A DNA stretch of 64,000 nt from Candidatus Latescibacterota bacterium (lineage in GTDB: Bacteria > Latescibacterota > UBA2968 > UBA8231). The position numbers were made by a program, and so were the translations under genes. The notes under the pieces are model-generated. The model was given only the letters and a program-made list of their open reading frames with translations. It searched no databases and was not told the DNA's origin. Shown here in pieces: positions 1 to 11,302 of the stretch. The DNA is taken from positions 2,164,936 through 2,228,935 of the forward strand of contig CBDCNM010000002.1 of NCBI GenBank assembly GCA_965219385.1. The letters are read 5' to 3'. Position 1 is the first letter of the stretch, and each line of letters opens with the position of its first letter.

Positions 1-832
1 CACCTAGGTGCCGGACTTTCTGTTCTTCTAGCAGGCGCAGCAGTTTTGTCTGCGCCTGCACCTCCATATCCCCGATTTCGTCGAGGAAGAGGGTCCCGTT
101 ATGGGCTGCTTCAAAAAGTCCCTGCCGGGCCTGCGTGGCCCCGGTGAAGGAACCTTTCTCGTGTCCGAAGAACTGACTCTCGAACAGATTCATCGGCAGG
201 GCCGCGCAGTTGACGGCAACGAACGGCCCATTGCTCACGGGGCTGAGCGAGTGAATGACACCCGCCACCAACTCTTTCCCAGTGCCGCTTTCGCCCGTGA
301 TCAGGACTGTCGACTTGAACGGTGCCGCACGGCGGATCTGGTCGAACACCGCCTGTATCGAATTAGATGTCCCCAGCAATTCGCCGAATCCCGTCCTCTC
401 CTCCACATGTTCGGCTGCGACAGGGTTAAGCATCCGCTTGCGCTCAAGCGCACGGTGTACGGCAGTCAGCAGGTCATTGGCATCAACCGGTTTCACCACG
501 TAATCGACGGCACCTAGCCTCATGGCCCGAACTGCTTGCTTCACGGTCGTATACTCGGTGACGATGACTATCGGCGGCGGAGATGTCAGTGTGACCGCTG
601 TGCGTAGCAACTGCATACCACCCGGCATCTTGATAGCTACGACGACCACATCCAGAGATTGCGTTTTGAGCAGCCGCTCGGCGACGGTGCCATCAGTAGC
701 TTCGACAACCTCATAATAGCCACTGTCCCGTAGAATTTTGGCCATGATTGCCAGGTGTTTCGGTTCGTTATCGGCAACCAACACTCTGCCTTGCAAAGGT
801 GCGTAAGCTAATAGGCTGGAAGATGCATTCAT
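1..832 (-). CDS. Sigma-54-dependent enhancer-binding regulator (NtrC-like: receiver + AAA+), runs off the window edge
   Basis: Manual translation of the minus strand from ATG 832 gives RVLVADNE...DVVVVAIKMPG (receiver), TGESGTGKELVA (Walker A), VNCAALP, FGHEKGSFTGA and TLFLDEIG. Absent from the ORF track because the stop lies outside the window. Confidence 0.92.
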   Translation of the reverse strand, partial: MNASSSLLAYAPLQGRVLVADNEPKHLAIMAKILRDSGYYEVVEATDGTVAERLLKTQSLDVVVVAIKMPGGMQLLRTAVTLTSPPPIVIVTEYTTVKQAVRAMRLGAVDYVVKPVDANDLLTAVHRALERKRMLNPVAAEHVEERTGFGELLGTSNSIQAVFDQIRRAAPFKSTVLITGESGTGKELVAGVIHSLSPVSNGPFVAVNCAALPMNLFESQFFGHEKGSFTGATQARQGLFEAAHNGTLFLDEIGDMEVQAQTKLLRLLEEQKVRHLG

Positions 833-874
833 CGGTTGTCGATTGCGTACCGCGAGCACCGTCAAAGTGAGTTG

Positions 875-933
875 AAAGGGACGACAAAATGGGTTGAGAC
901 AAAATGGGCTGAAAGGGACGACAAAATGTCGTG
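875..933. promoter_or_regulatory. Putative upstream activator sites (GACAAAATG x3, including palindrome ACGACA-AAA-TGTCGT)
   Basis: Three copies of GACAAAATG about 120-170 bp upstream of the sigma-54 promoter, between the divergent genes. Confidence 0.55.
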
Positions 934-1051
934 ATTGCTATTCCGATTGTCAAGATCCAGCCCCGGGGCCAATCGCCTATGCAATATCAACCCATTCTCT
1001 GACAGTGAGTTATAATAAATCGGCACCGAAGCTCGAGACAGCTTTAAAAAG

Positions 1052-1067
1052 CGGCACAGAATTTGCT
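1052..1067 (+). promoter_or_regulatory. Sigma-54 (-24/-12) promoter
   Basis: CGGCACAGAATTTGCT has GG-N10-GC spacing and closely matches TGGCAC-N5-TTGCW. It lies about 80 bp upstream of RBS GAGGAG/ATG 1149. Confidence 0.75.
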
Positions 1068-1148
1068 CTGCTCTATTGACCTGACGGCGTGAAGAAGGTG
1101 CCGCTTCCTTTTCTCTTTGCGCCATTACTCAAATCGAGGAGCTTGACG

Positions 1149-2765
1149 ATGATGGTCAGTATAGAAAACGCGTTTCAATGGTGGGAGCAACATCTCTCAC
1201 CCTTTGTCGGCTTCATTGTGCCTTTCGTCACACTCGTGCTCGGATGGCTAGTGGCCCATCTGGTGTCCTTGGTCGTCCGTCGAGTCCTGCTCAGAACACG
1301 ACTGAACGACAAATTCCTCGGACTGATCATGGGCCGCGACGACGCCCCAAAAGTCCCTGTCGAACGCTGGATCAGCAGGATTGTGTTCTATCTGGTGATG
1401 CTTTTCGTGCTAGTCGGCTTCTTTCAGACGCTCGGCATGCCGGCACTGACCGAACCGCTCAACGAGATGCTGAACCAGATCTTCGTCTACTTGCCCAAGT
1501 TGTTGAGCGCCGCCGTTTTGCTTTTAGTTGCCTGGATCGCGGGTAGCCTGCTGCGGCGGGTCGTAACGGGAGTGCTTTCACGGGCCAATATCGAGCGACG
1601 TTTGGCTGAACCGGCCGGACTTGAGACCACGACAGAGAGTGTGCTGCCGCAGACAGTCGGCAACGTCGTGTACTGGCTCACTTTTCTCGTGCTGCTCCCG
1701 GCGGTCCTGGATGCCTTGGGATTGCAAGGATTGCTGCAGCCGGTACAGGAGATGCTGGCCAAAATCATCGGCTTCCTGCCCAACCTGTTCGCCGCCGCAC
1801 TCATCATGCTGATCGGCTGGCTTGGTGCGCGCATCGTACAGCACGTGGTCGCTAGTGTCCTCGACGCCACCGGGGTGAACAATTTCGGCCATCGCGTGGG
1901 ACTGGCTACTGGACTGGGCATCGAAAGTCTTTCGGGGCTTGCCGGTACTTTGTCTTATGCATTCATCTTGATCCTCGCGGCGATCGCCGCACTCGAATCG
2001 CTGAACTTCAAGGCTATTTCCGATCCAGCCAGCTCCATGCTGGCTGGGGTATTGGCGGCGGTGCCGTCTATCCTGGTCGGCGGAGCCATCCTCCTCATCG
2101 GCTATCTGGTGGCTCGATTCGTATCCCGCGTTGTCGACGACGTGCTCAGGCAAATTGGTTTCAACTCCTTGCTGCAGCGCCTCGGAATAGCGGAGGCAAC
2201 CTCTCCTGCGGAACGCTCACCTTCAATAGCGGAGGCAACCTCTCCTGCGGAACGCTCGCCTTCAATAGCGGAGGCAACCTTTGCTGTGGAACGCCCGCCT
2301 TCGCAACTGGCGGGATATGTCGCAATGGTGGCCGTACTCCTCTTCTCCGCCACCGCGGCAGCCGCGCAACTCGGATTCCAAGATCTGGCAGGGATGCTCG
2401 TGACGCTGACGCTGCTGTTCGGCAAGGTCGTCCTGGCCGCGGCGATCTTCGGTTTCGGGCTCTACCTCGCGTCTCTGTTCGGTCGCATCGTGGCCAGAAA
2501 AGGGGGTGCCTATGGCAGCATGCTCGGCGCGATCGTCCGGGTTGCGATCGTGACGCTGTCTCTTTTTATGGCGCTCAGGGAGATGGGCATCGCAAACGAG
2601 ATCATCACCCTCGCCTTCGGACTCACCCTCGGTTCAGCAGCCGTAGCCGCCGCGGTCGCGTTTGGCATGGGTGGTCGCGACCTGGCCAGAAAACACATGG
2701 AACAATGGGTGCAGAGTCTAGGGGAAACAAAGAAGGATGGCCCTTCGCCCCCAGAGGCCGGGTAA
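1149..2765 (+). CDS. MscS-like conserved TM-helix repeat membrane protein (CmpX-like)
   Basis: Repeated hydrophobic units (LPxLxxAxxxLxxGW) and C-terminal AFGLTLG...AFGMGGR. Start moved to ATG 1149, which follows GAGGAG. Confidence 0.8.
   Translation: MMVSIENAFQWWEQHLSPFVGFIVPFVTLVLGWLVAHLVSLVVRRVLLRTRLNDKFLGLIMGRDDAPKVPVERWISRIVFYLVMLFVLVGFFQTLGMPALTEPLNEMLNQIFVYLPKLLSAAVLLLVAWIAGSLLRRVVTGVLSRANIERRLAEPAGLETTTESVLPQTVGNVVYWLTFLVLLPAVLDALGLQGLLQPVQEMLAKIIGFLPNLFAAALIMLIGWLGARIVQHVVASVLDATGVNNFGHRVGLATGLGIESLSGLAGTLSYAFILILAAIAALESLNFKAISDPASSMLAGVLAAVPSILVGGAILLIGYLVARFVSRVVDDVLRQIGFNSLLQRLGIAEATSPAERSPSIAEATSPAERSPSIAEATFAVERPPSQLAGYVAMVAVLLFSATAAAAQLGFQDLAGMLVTLTLLFGKVVLAAAIFGFGLYLASLFGRIVARKGGAYGSMLGAIVRVAIVTLSLFMALREMGIANEIITLAFGLTLGSAAVAAAVAFGMGGRDLARKHMEQWVQSLGETKKDGPSPPEAG
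2186..2302 (+). repeat. In-frame 39-bp tandem repeat x3 (IAEATSPAERSPS)
   Basis: Units start at 2186, 2225 and 2264; the third is diverged. Confidence 0.95.
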
Positions 2766-2843
2766 CTCCACCGTTGATGTACGCGGGTTTGTAGCGCATT
2801 GGCCAAACAACCAACTCAATAACCTAATCCAAGGAGGCACACA

Positions 2844-4004
2844 ATGATAAACACTCGCACAGTCCTAGCTCTGCTCGCAGTCGCCTTTCTCGCGCCGCCC
2901 GAGCTGCGGGCAGTGTCACCCAATGACTACGACGTTCCGGTGAGCACTGCCCAGCAGCTACGCGTCGGAGGCACGTACGCCTACGCCGGTAGCGGGACCA
3001 ACACCGGAACCAACGACGGCTCAGCTTCGCTGGTATACAGCCGTTATTACAACTCCCTGCCCTACGCGTGGGACCTCAATTTCAACGGCGTCGGGGCGAC
3101 GCGTCGGACGGCTGACGACACGCAGGAAGGCTCCTACAATTTCGTGGCGGGTCCAGGGATCAGGAAGTACTTCAATCCAGAAGGTAATCTCTTCTATTCC
3201 GGCGATCTTCACGTCACTGGCAACAGCGACTACGATCGCCCGATCATTGACGTTACGCCGGGGGTAGGGTACGGGCGCTTCATCCGCGTCACGCCGCTTG
3301 CTCAGGCCGTGCGTATTGAGGAATTCCTGCTGAGTGAAGGAGTGATCGAGGGGCCCCTGCCGAAAAAGACGCTGGTCGCGCTGGCGCAGGTTATCGAGCG
3401 CCGGGGCGAGTTCGAGACCGAATTTGGCGATCGTTACAAGATCAAGTGGTTCGAAGCGATGGAGGAGGTTATCGCCGAGTCCGGGCTGTTGGCCAGTGAA
3501 GGGTTCAGCGCAGTCGGCTCGCTGCGCGTTGACGAAGTGCTCTTCCAGGAACATGTGAACGAACGCTTTATCGGCTGGGACCTGCGCACGGGCGTCCGCT
3601 TCGAGGCTTTAACGAAGGATTCAGACACAGACCGCCAGGACCCGGGAGCGTCCCTGCGAGTGCGTTACTCGCGGCCTGTGGGCTGGAGGTCCCAGTTCGA
3701 CGTCAGCGCCCAGTATACTTCGCCATTCACCGGTGATTTTGGGACTGACGTCTTCACGATCTCGAGTTCGCTGAACTACCTGTATGAGGTGACCAACCGC
3801 ATCGATTTTACGCTCAGCAACATCATAACCGCTTCGCGCAGCGACCCGAACATCAAGGCAACAGTGGTCGAGCAGGTGCGGTCGGGATTCATCTTCTTCA
3901 TCGAGAATCAGATCAACCTCAATGTCACAGGGACCTACGCCAAGGAGCGCGGCCAGGACGCCACTCAGAGCCTGAACGTAGCTATCGAGTACCGCCTGCG
4001 CTGA
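2844..4004 (+). CDS. Signal-peptide-bearing putative outer-membrane beta-barrel protein
   Basis: RBS AGGAGG, N-terminal signal peptide, alternating aromatic/hydrophobic strands, C-terminal LNVAIEYRLR. Confidence 0.65.
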   Translation: MINTRTVLALLAVAFLAPPELRAVSPNDYDVPVSTAQQLRVGGTYAYAGSGTNTGTNDGSASLVYSRYYNSLPYAWDLNFNGVGATRRTADDTQEGSYNFVAGPGIRKYFNPEGNLFYSGDLHVTGNSDYDRPIIDVTPGVGYGRFIRVTPLAQAVRIEEFLLSEGVIEGPLPKKTLVALAQVIERRGEFETEFGDRYKIKWFEAMEEVIAESGLLASEGFSAVGSLRVDEVLFQEHVNERFIGWDLRTGVRFEALTKDSDTDRQDPGASLRVRYSRPVGWRSQFDVSAQYTSPFTGDFGTDVFTISSSLNYLYEVTNRIDFTLSNIITASRSDPNIKATVVEQVRSGFIFFIENQINLNVTGTYAKERGQDATQSLNVAIEYRLR

Positions 4005-4099
4005 AAACTGCTGCCCGAATATAGCGGAAGCTGGCGAGTCTGGGTCTGGGTTTGCTCAGCTGGCGCATCCAATCCACGCTCGTTTTAGGCCGACGACCC

Positions 4100-4337
4100 G
4101 CCCCTTCGGCCCGCCCGTGGGCGGGCCGAAGGGGTCAACAACGCCCCGATCAACAAAAGCTGGGCCTGCGGCCACACCCGCCAAGAAAACAGTGGCGCAA
4201 AGAGGGTTAAATGCGGTATTATATCATCCATGGCGACTACCTCCGAGCAGGCATTTGAAGTCTGCATAACTCCAAATATACGGCTCGGCTCGGGTAGCCG
4301 CCTATTATTTTACGCGCTCAAAATGGCCAAAGTCCAG
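4100..4337 (-). mobile_element. IS701-like transposase 5' remnant with left end, terminating in a 16-bp perfect hairpin
   Basis: MDDIIPHLTLFAPLFSWRVWPQAQLLLIGALLTP resembles a DDE transposase N-terminus. End-like sequence CTGGACTTTGGCCATTT at 4337. Hairpin CCCCTTCGGCCCGCCC-GT-GGGCGGGCCGAAGGGG at about 4101-4134. Confidence 0.6.
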
Positions 4338-4400
4338 ATATAATAGAGTTGTCGCTTTATAAGAAAATTTCTGCTATAACTAGCAGAGAAAACAAGACGA

Positions 4401-4559
4401 TACGCCTGGGTGCTTAGAAACACGCGGGGAAGCCACCATAAGTTCACCCACCCCGAGAGGTCCGGGCGGGTCACGGTAAAGCCTCCGAGCAAAGACCTTC
4501 CGATCGGGACGCTGCGCAACATTTACCGACAAGCTCAATGGAAATGGGAGGATCGCTGA
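4401..4559 (+). pseudogene. hicA: HicA toxin, 5'-truncated
   Basis: WVLRNTRGSHHKFTHPERSGRVTV...DLPIGTLRNIYRQA (GSH motif). In-frame stop upstream with no full N-terminus. TGATG overlap with hicB. Confidence 0.8.
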
Positions 4560-4672
4560 TGCGGTTTCCAGCTGTGATTCACAAAGACGAAGAGAGCGGG
4601 TATGGGGTCACCGTACCAGATCTTCCTGGTTGCTTCTCAGCCGGAGATACGCTCGAAGAGGCTAAGGAGATA
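4559..4672 (+). pseudogene. hicB: HicB antitoxin N-terminus, truncated and joined to Uma2 sequence
   Basis: MRFPAVIHKDEESGYGVTVPDLPGCFSAGDTLEEAKE, after which resemblance to HicB is lost. Confidence 0.8.
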
Positions 4673-4719
4673 TACCCGCAGATAAACAATTTCAATGAGG
4701 GAGCACACAGGAGATTGCC

Positions 4720-5262
4720 ATGTGGAATAGACGATTCACCGTCGATGTCGGTCGCGGGTGGGCAGACCTGCTCACGCCGATCAATTATTACCGCATCCAC
4801 TGCAAGGCGTTTCGCCTGGACGTGGTCGTGCAGACCGGGGCAGAGATTCTGCCGGGTGTGGTTATCTACCCCCAGATCATGGCCGTCTGTGGACTTACCG
4901 TCGGCACGCGGCGCGACCGCGATATCTACCGCGGCCCCCCAAGCCTCGTAGCCGAGATTTTCCCGCACGACGAGCCATCGAACGACGTGATAGAAACGTC
5001 ACAGGCGCTACTGGCGGAAGCCGGGGTCATCGAATACGTGGCTTCGGGGGGCAACGTGGGGCGCCTGACCTGGTTCCGGCTGGAGGAGGGCCGGTATCAG
5101 GAGGTTCAGCCAGACGAGGCCGGCTTCATTCGCAGCGCGGCGCTGCCTGGGCTTTGGATGGACATCGAGGCCCGCAAGCAGAACGACTATAAGCGGCTCT
5201 TTAGAGGAATCCAAAAGGGCATTGCAACCGACCTCGAAGCGAAGTATCAGGCGCTGGAATGA
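4720..5262 (+). CDS. Uma2/DUF820-like endonuclease-fold protein, probably degenerate
   Basis: YRGPPSLVAEI, AGVIEY, WFRLEEGRYQEVQPDEAGFIRSAALPGLW are typical Uma2 C-terminal motifs. Confidence 0.7.
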   Translation: MWNRRFTVDVGRGWADLLTPINYYRIHCKAFRLDVVVQTGAEILPGVVIYPQIMAVCGLTVGTRRDRDIYRGPPSLVAEIFPHDEPSNDVIETSQALLAEAGVIEYVASGGNVGRLTWFRLEEGRYQEVQPDEAGFIRSAALPGLWMDIEARKQNDYKRLFRGIQKGIATDLEAKYQALE

Positions 5263-5548
5263 CTGCCTTCGGCTTCCGCGCCCGCGTCCTCGTCTTCGAC
5301 GCCCTTATCCCGCGAATGGGTTCGCCGGCCCCAGCACCGATTCCCTGACGCGGCTTAGGGGCCCTCCGCGCCGACCACGAGTTCCATTTGCGAACGGGCT
5401 GAAAGCGCTATTTAATAAGGAGCGGGCTTATGGTTGTCTGAAATCCTATGGGAAGCTCGTCTATCAGCCCGTGGAAAAAGTCCGGTGGGTGAGGTGGTGG
5501 GTGAGGTAGAGAGGTTGAGTTGAGGATCAGGTAGATAAGGAGTGTGTT

Positions 5549-7621
5549 ATGGGCAAATTAAAAAACAATCCACTGCTGGTAAAAAAAGGCTTACCGCGGT
5601 ACGATGAGATCAGGCCGGAGCACGTTGTGCCGGGGGTCGAGCATGTGCTGGCAGAGGCAGAGAAACAGATTGCGGCCTTGGAGCAGAATTTGACCCCTGC
5701 TTGGGATGGGTTGCTCGAGCCGCTCGAAGGGATTGACGTGCCCTTTTCTTATGCATGGGGGCCGGTGGATCATTTGATGGGGGTAAAAAACTCGGATGAT
5801 TTGCGCAAAGCACACGAGGAAGTTTTGCAAGATGTGGTGGCATTTGGTTTGCGCGTGCAGCAGAGCCGTCCGATTTACGAAGGGCTGGTGGCAATTCGAG
5901 ATGGCGAGGAATGGGCCAAGCTGAATGAGGCTCAGAAGCGATGTGTTGCGTTGAAGATTCGCGCCGCCGAACATGCAGGTGTGGGTTTGGAGGGCGAGGC
6001 AAGGGAACGCTTTAATGAGATCGCCAAAGAATTGTCGCAGATCAGCACGGATTTTTCCAACCATGTGCTGGATGCGACCAAGGCATTTGAGTTGATTATT
6101 GAGGACAAAAAAGATGCGGAAGGCTGGCCAAACAGTTTGCGGCAAGTGGCCGCACAGTCATACAGGCAGGCCAATGAGGGCAGTGCAGCAACGCCGGAAG
6201 ACGGCCCCTGGCGCATCACCCTGGATGTTCCGAGTTTTCATCCGTTTATGCAACACCATCGGGGGCGCGATCACCGCGAGCAAGTCTACAAGGCTTATGT
6301 AAAACGCGCATCGTCGGGTAAATTGGACAACAGCGATTTGATTGCTCAGACCTTGAAGTTGCGCAAAGAGCAGTCTGCGCTACTGGGATTTGAGACGTAT
6401 GCGGACTGGAGCTTAGACGCCAAGATGGCCCCTGATGTGGGCGCTGTCGAGCGCATGATCGGCGAGTTGCAGGCGGCTTCGCAGGCGCATAGCGAAAGGG
6501 ATTTTGGCGCGTTGCAGGCACTGGCAAAGGCGAATGGTCAGGAAGAGCCGGTGATGCACTGGGATGTGTCGTTCTGGTCGGAGCGGTTGCGCGAGCAGAA
6601 GTTCGATTACACCGACGATCAGTTGCGCCCTTATTTTCCTCTTCCCAAAGTGCTCGATGGCTTGTTTGAGCTGGCGGAGCGCCTGTTTGACATTGAGATT
6701 GCGCGGACAGATGGTGAAGAGGCGCACAGGTGGCATAAAGACGTGCAATTCTTCAAAGTGCTTCGCGATGGTGAGCGCATTGCATCGTTTTATCTGGACC
6801 CTTATTCGCGTCCGGCTGAAAAGCACGGTGGCGCATGGATGAACGATTGTTTGGGCCGCCAATGGCTCAATGGCGAACTTCGCCTGCCGGTGGTGCATCT
6901 GGTGTGCAATGGTACACCGCCAGTGGGTGATACGCCGTCGCTGATGAGTTTTTCAGAGGTGGAAACCCTGTTCCACGAGTTTGGACATGGGTTGCAGGGC
7001 ATGTTGACAACAGTCGATTATGCCGATGTGGCGGGGTTGAATGGGGTGGAATGGGATGCGGTGGAGATTGCCAGTCAGTTTATGGAAAACTGGTGTTATC
7101 ACCAACCCACGCTGATCGGGATGACGGCGCATGTGGAAACGGGCAAACCCTTGCCGGATGATCTGTTTGAGAAAATTGTTGCAGCGCGCACCTTTCAGGC
7201 TGGGTCTCTGATGATGCGCCAGTTGTCCTTTGGAAAAACGGACATGCTGCTGCATTCTGTCCACGATCCAGACGGAGAAGAAACGGCTTTTGATGTGGAA
7301 CGTCGCGTAAGTGAAGAGATGTCGGTGTTGCCGTCGCTGCCAGAGAGTCGCTTCTTATGCTCGTTTTCTCATATCTTTGCCGGGGGATATGCCGCCGGGT
7401 ATTACAGCTACAAGTGGTCAGAGGTGTTGAGCGCCGATGCGTTTGGTGCTTTTGAAGAGGCCGGGCTGGATGATGAAGCAGCCGTGCAGGAGACCGGGCG
7501 CAAGTTTCGGGATACGATTCTCGCCTTGGGCGGCGGCAAACATCCCATGGAGGTGTATCGGGAATTTCGAGGTCGGGCGCCGAGCACAGAGGCGTTGCTG
7601 AGGCACAATGGACTTTTGTAA
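5549..7621 (+). CDS. prlC: Oligopeptidase A (M3 family metallopeptidase)
   Basis: HEFGH zinc motif, KHGGAWM, FSHIFAGGYAAGYYSYKWSEVLSADAF; 690 aa. Confidence 0.95.
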   Translation: MGKLKNNPLLVKKGLPRYDEIRPEHVVPGVEHVLAEAEKQIAALEQNLTPAWDGLLEPLEGIDVPFSYAWGPVDHLMGVKNSDDLRKAHEEVLQDVVAFGLRVQQSRPIYEGLVAIRDGEEWAKLNEAQKRCVALKIRAAEHAGVGLEGEARERFNEIAKELSQISTDFSNHVLDATKAFELIIEDKKDAEGWPNSLRQVAAQSYRQANEGSAATPEDGPWRITLDVPSFHPFMQHHRGRDHREQVYKAYVKRASSGKLDNSDLIAQTLKLRKEQSALLGFETYADWSLDAKMAPDVGAVERMIGELQAASQAHSERDFGALQALAKANGQEEPVMHWDVSFWSERLREQKFDYTDDQLRPYFPLPKVLDGLFELAERLFDIEIARTDGEEAHRWHKDVQFFKVLRDGERIASFYLDPYSRPAEKHGGAWMNDCLGRQWLNGELRLPVVHLVCNGTPPVGDTPSLMSFSEVETLFHEFGHGLQGMLTTVDYADVAGLNGVEWDAVEIASQFMENWCYHQPTLIGMTAHVETGKPLPDDLFEKIVAARTFQAGSLMMRQLSFGKTDMLLHSVHDPDGEETAFDVERRVSEEMSVLPSLPESRFLCSFSHIFAGGYAAGYYSYKWSEVLSADAFGAFEEAGLDDEAAVQETGRKFRDTILALGGGKHPMEVYREFRGRAPSTEALLRHNGLL

Positions 7622-7622
7622 C

Positions 7623-7665
7623 AGGCCCGTAGCCGGGGGCACGGTGATATAGGATGTGCCTGCCC
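7623..7665 (-). repeat. Half attC-like site, homologous to 22645-22688
   Basis: aggcccgtagccgggggcacggtgatataggatgtgcc versus aggcccggagccaggggcacggtgttataggatgtacc. Confidence 0.7.
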
Positions 7666-7694
7666 GGGGGGGGTGGATCGTCGCCGAACTTCAG

Positions 7695-7728
7695 TTGACA
7701 TTTGCCGATAATATGCTATATTGCAAAT

Positions 7729-7739
<11 letters not shown>
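7695..7739 (+). promoter_or_regulatory. Sigma-70 promoter (leaderless) with overlapping inverted-repeat operator
   Basis: TTGACA 7695-7700, TG at 7714-7715, TATATT 7717-7722, ATG 7729. Inverted repeat ACATTTGCC (7698-7706) / GGCAAATGT (7731-7739). Confidence 0.7.
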
Positions 7740-9573
<1,834 letters not shown>

Positions 9574-9606
9574 CACGGACACTGACATTCTACGGAGGTA
9601 GGAAGA

Positions 9607-9978
9607 ATGGGAGCGACGCACGTAACGGTCAGGATTACGAACCCCGCCGACCCGGACAGGTTCTGGGAGGGGCTTTTTCTGGTTGACACCGGCGCCACGG
9701 ATTCCCTGGCGCCCAGGCCGCACCTGGAAGCCATCGGCCTCAAACCCGAGGGGAAACGCGTGTATGAACTGGCCGATGGCAGCGAGATCGCAGTGGACGT
9801 CGCCGTTGCCAAGATTGAGTTCATGGGCGAGTTCGTCGGCGGGACGATCATCTTTGGTGAGGCTGACGCGGAGCCGCTTTTGGGTGTGACGGCGCTGGAA
9901 TCCGTCGGCATCGAGGTGGACCCGCTGAATCAGCGGTTGAAGAGGCTGCCGGCCGTGCGGCTCAAGGGGCTGGCGTGA
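9607..9978 (+). CDS. Clan AA (retropepsin-like) aspartic protease
   Basis: LVDTGATDS catalytic motif, YELADG, PLLGVTALE. GTGA overlap with hsdS. Confidence 0.88.
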   Translation: MGATHVTVRITNPADPDRFWEGLFLVDTGATDSLAPRPHLEAIGLKPEGKRVYELADGSEIAVDVAVAKIEFMGEFVGGTIIFGEADAEPLLGVTALESVGIEVDPLNQRLKRLPAVRLKGLA

Positions 9979-11297
9979 CGACAAGGGAGACAACCCGCCT
10001 TGCGGACCTGTGCAATCTGATTGCAGATCCGGTAAGACCCGGCGCTCGGCCAGGAGCGCTCTATCTGGGCCTTGAGCACCTGGCCTCAGGGCGGCTCGTC
10101 CCCATCGGTGGCGGGTCGGCCTCGGACGTGCGAAGCACGGCTTCGGCCTTCCAACCCGGCGACGTGCTGTACGGCAAGCTTCGCCCTTACCTGGACAAGG
10201 CTATCCTCGCTATGGAGGCGGGCGTCTGCACGACGGAGTTGCTGGTGCTCCGGGCCAAAGCGGACATAGACCCGCGGTTCCTTGTCGCAGTCGTCCACTC
10301 ACCGCGCTTTGTCGAATATGCCGTCGCGGGCACGACAGGTGTCCAACACCCTCGGACGTCGTGGGCGCACGTACGCGACTTTGAAGTGCCCGCATTCCCA
10401 TTCGATGAACAACGACGGATTGCCGACCTACTTTGGCTTGTACATGAGGCAATCGGACTATCAGAGGCATTGGTTGAAGAAGGCCAAGCCCTGAAACGCG
10501 CCGCGATGCAGACGCTTTTCACGCGCGGTCTGCGGGGCGAGGCGCAGAAGAAAACTGAGATTGGGCCGGTGCCGGAGAGTTGGAAGGTCTCAACATTGGG
10601 ACAGATGGCACAACTCGAACGTGGACGCTTTATGCACCGTCCGAGGAACGAACCACGTTTTTACGGCGGGGCGATGCCGTTTGTCCAAACCGGAGACGTA
10701 GTCCGATCCGGCGGACGAATCCGCGAATTTGTCCAAACACTTAACGAAGATGGTGTTGCGATAAGTCGCGTTTTTCCTGCGGGAACGATTCTCATCACGA
10801 TTGCCGCAAACATTGGATTCACAGGAATCTTGCAGTTTGATAGTGCTTGTCCCGATAGCCTCATTGCTATAACACCAGATCAGTCACTCAATGTCGAGTT
10901 TCTGGAGTACTTTCTCCAAACTCAACAAGGGGAAATGGATAAACTTGCTCCGAAAGGAACGCAGAAGAATATCAACATTCAGTTCCTCACACCTTGGACA
11001 GTCGTCGTTCCTTCCAATGACGAACAGCGCGAGGTCGTCGCCATCCTAGAAGCCATTGACCGCAAGATCGACCTGCACCGAAGGAAGCGCGCTGTGCTCG
11101 ACGACCTGTTCAAGGTGCTGCTGCACAAGCTGATGACAGGTGAAATTCAGGTCGCCGATCTCGACCTCTCGGAAGTCGGAGACCCCACCGGTCTCCGCGC
11201 AGGACTGAGCCGATCGTGCGAGCCTGTTGTTCGTCCGCCCTTCGTTGCCCGTGCTAAGATCCAACATACTGCCCGACGCGCGGGCGCAGAGGAGTAA
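9975..11297 (+). CDS. hsdS: Type I RM specificity subunit HsdS
   Basis: Two TRDs (GDVLYGKLRPYL; GTILITIAANIG) with conserved helices P..EQRRIA / LKRAAMQTLFTRG and EQREVV / LLHKLMTGEI. Confidence 0.93.
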   Translation: MTTRETTRLADLCNLIADPVRPGARPGALYLGLEHLASGRLVPIGGGSASDVRSTASAFQPGDVLYGKLRPYLDKAILAMEAGVCTTELLVLRAKADIDPRFLVAVVHSPRFVEYAVAGTTGVQHPRTSWAHVRDFEVPAFPFDEQRRIADLLWLVHEAIGLSEALVEEGQALKRAAMQTLFTRGLRGEAQKKTEIGPVPESWKVSTLGQMAQLERGRFMHRPRNEPRFYGGAMPFVQTGDVVRSGGRIREFVQTLNEDGVAISRVFPAGTILITIAANIGFTGILQFDSACPDSLIAITPDQSLNVEFLEYFLQTQQGEMDKLAPKGTQKNINIQFLTPWTVVVPSNDEQREVVAILEAIDRKIDLHRRKRAVLDDLFKVLLHKLMTGEIQVADLDLSEVGDPTGLRAGLSRSCEPVVRPPFVARAKIQHTARRAGAEE

Positions 11298-11302
11298 CCG
11301 GC

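Noticed and set aside
5380..5510. IS-end-like CAGCCCGT motifs and a GGTGGGTGAGGT duplication
   Set aside because: Too short and no associated transposase; cannot be supported.
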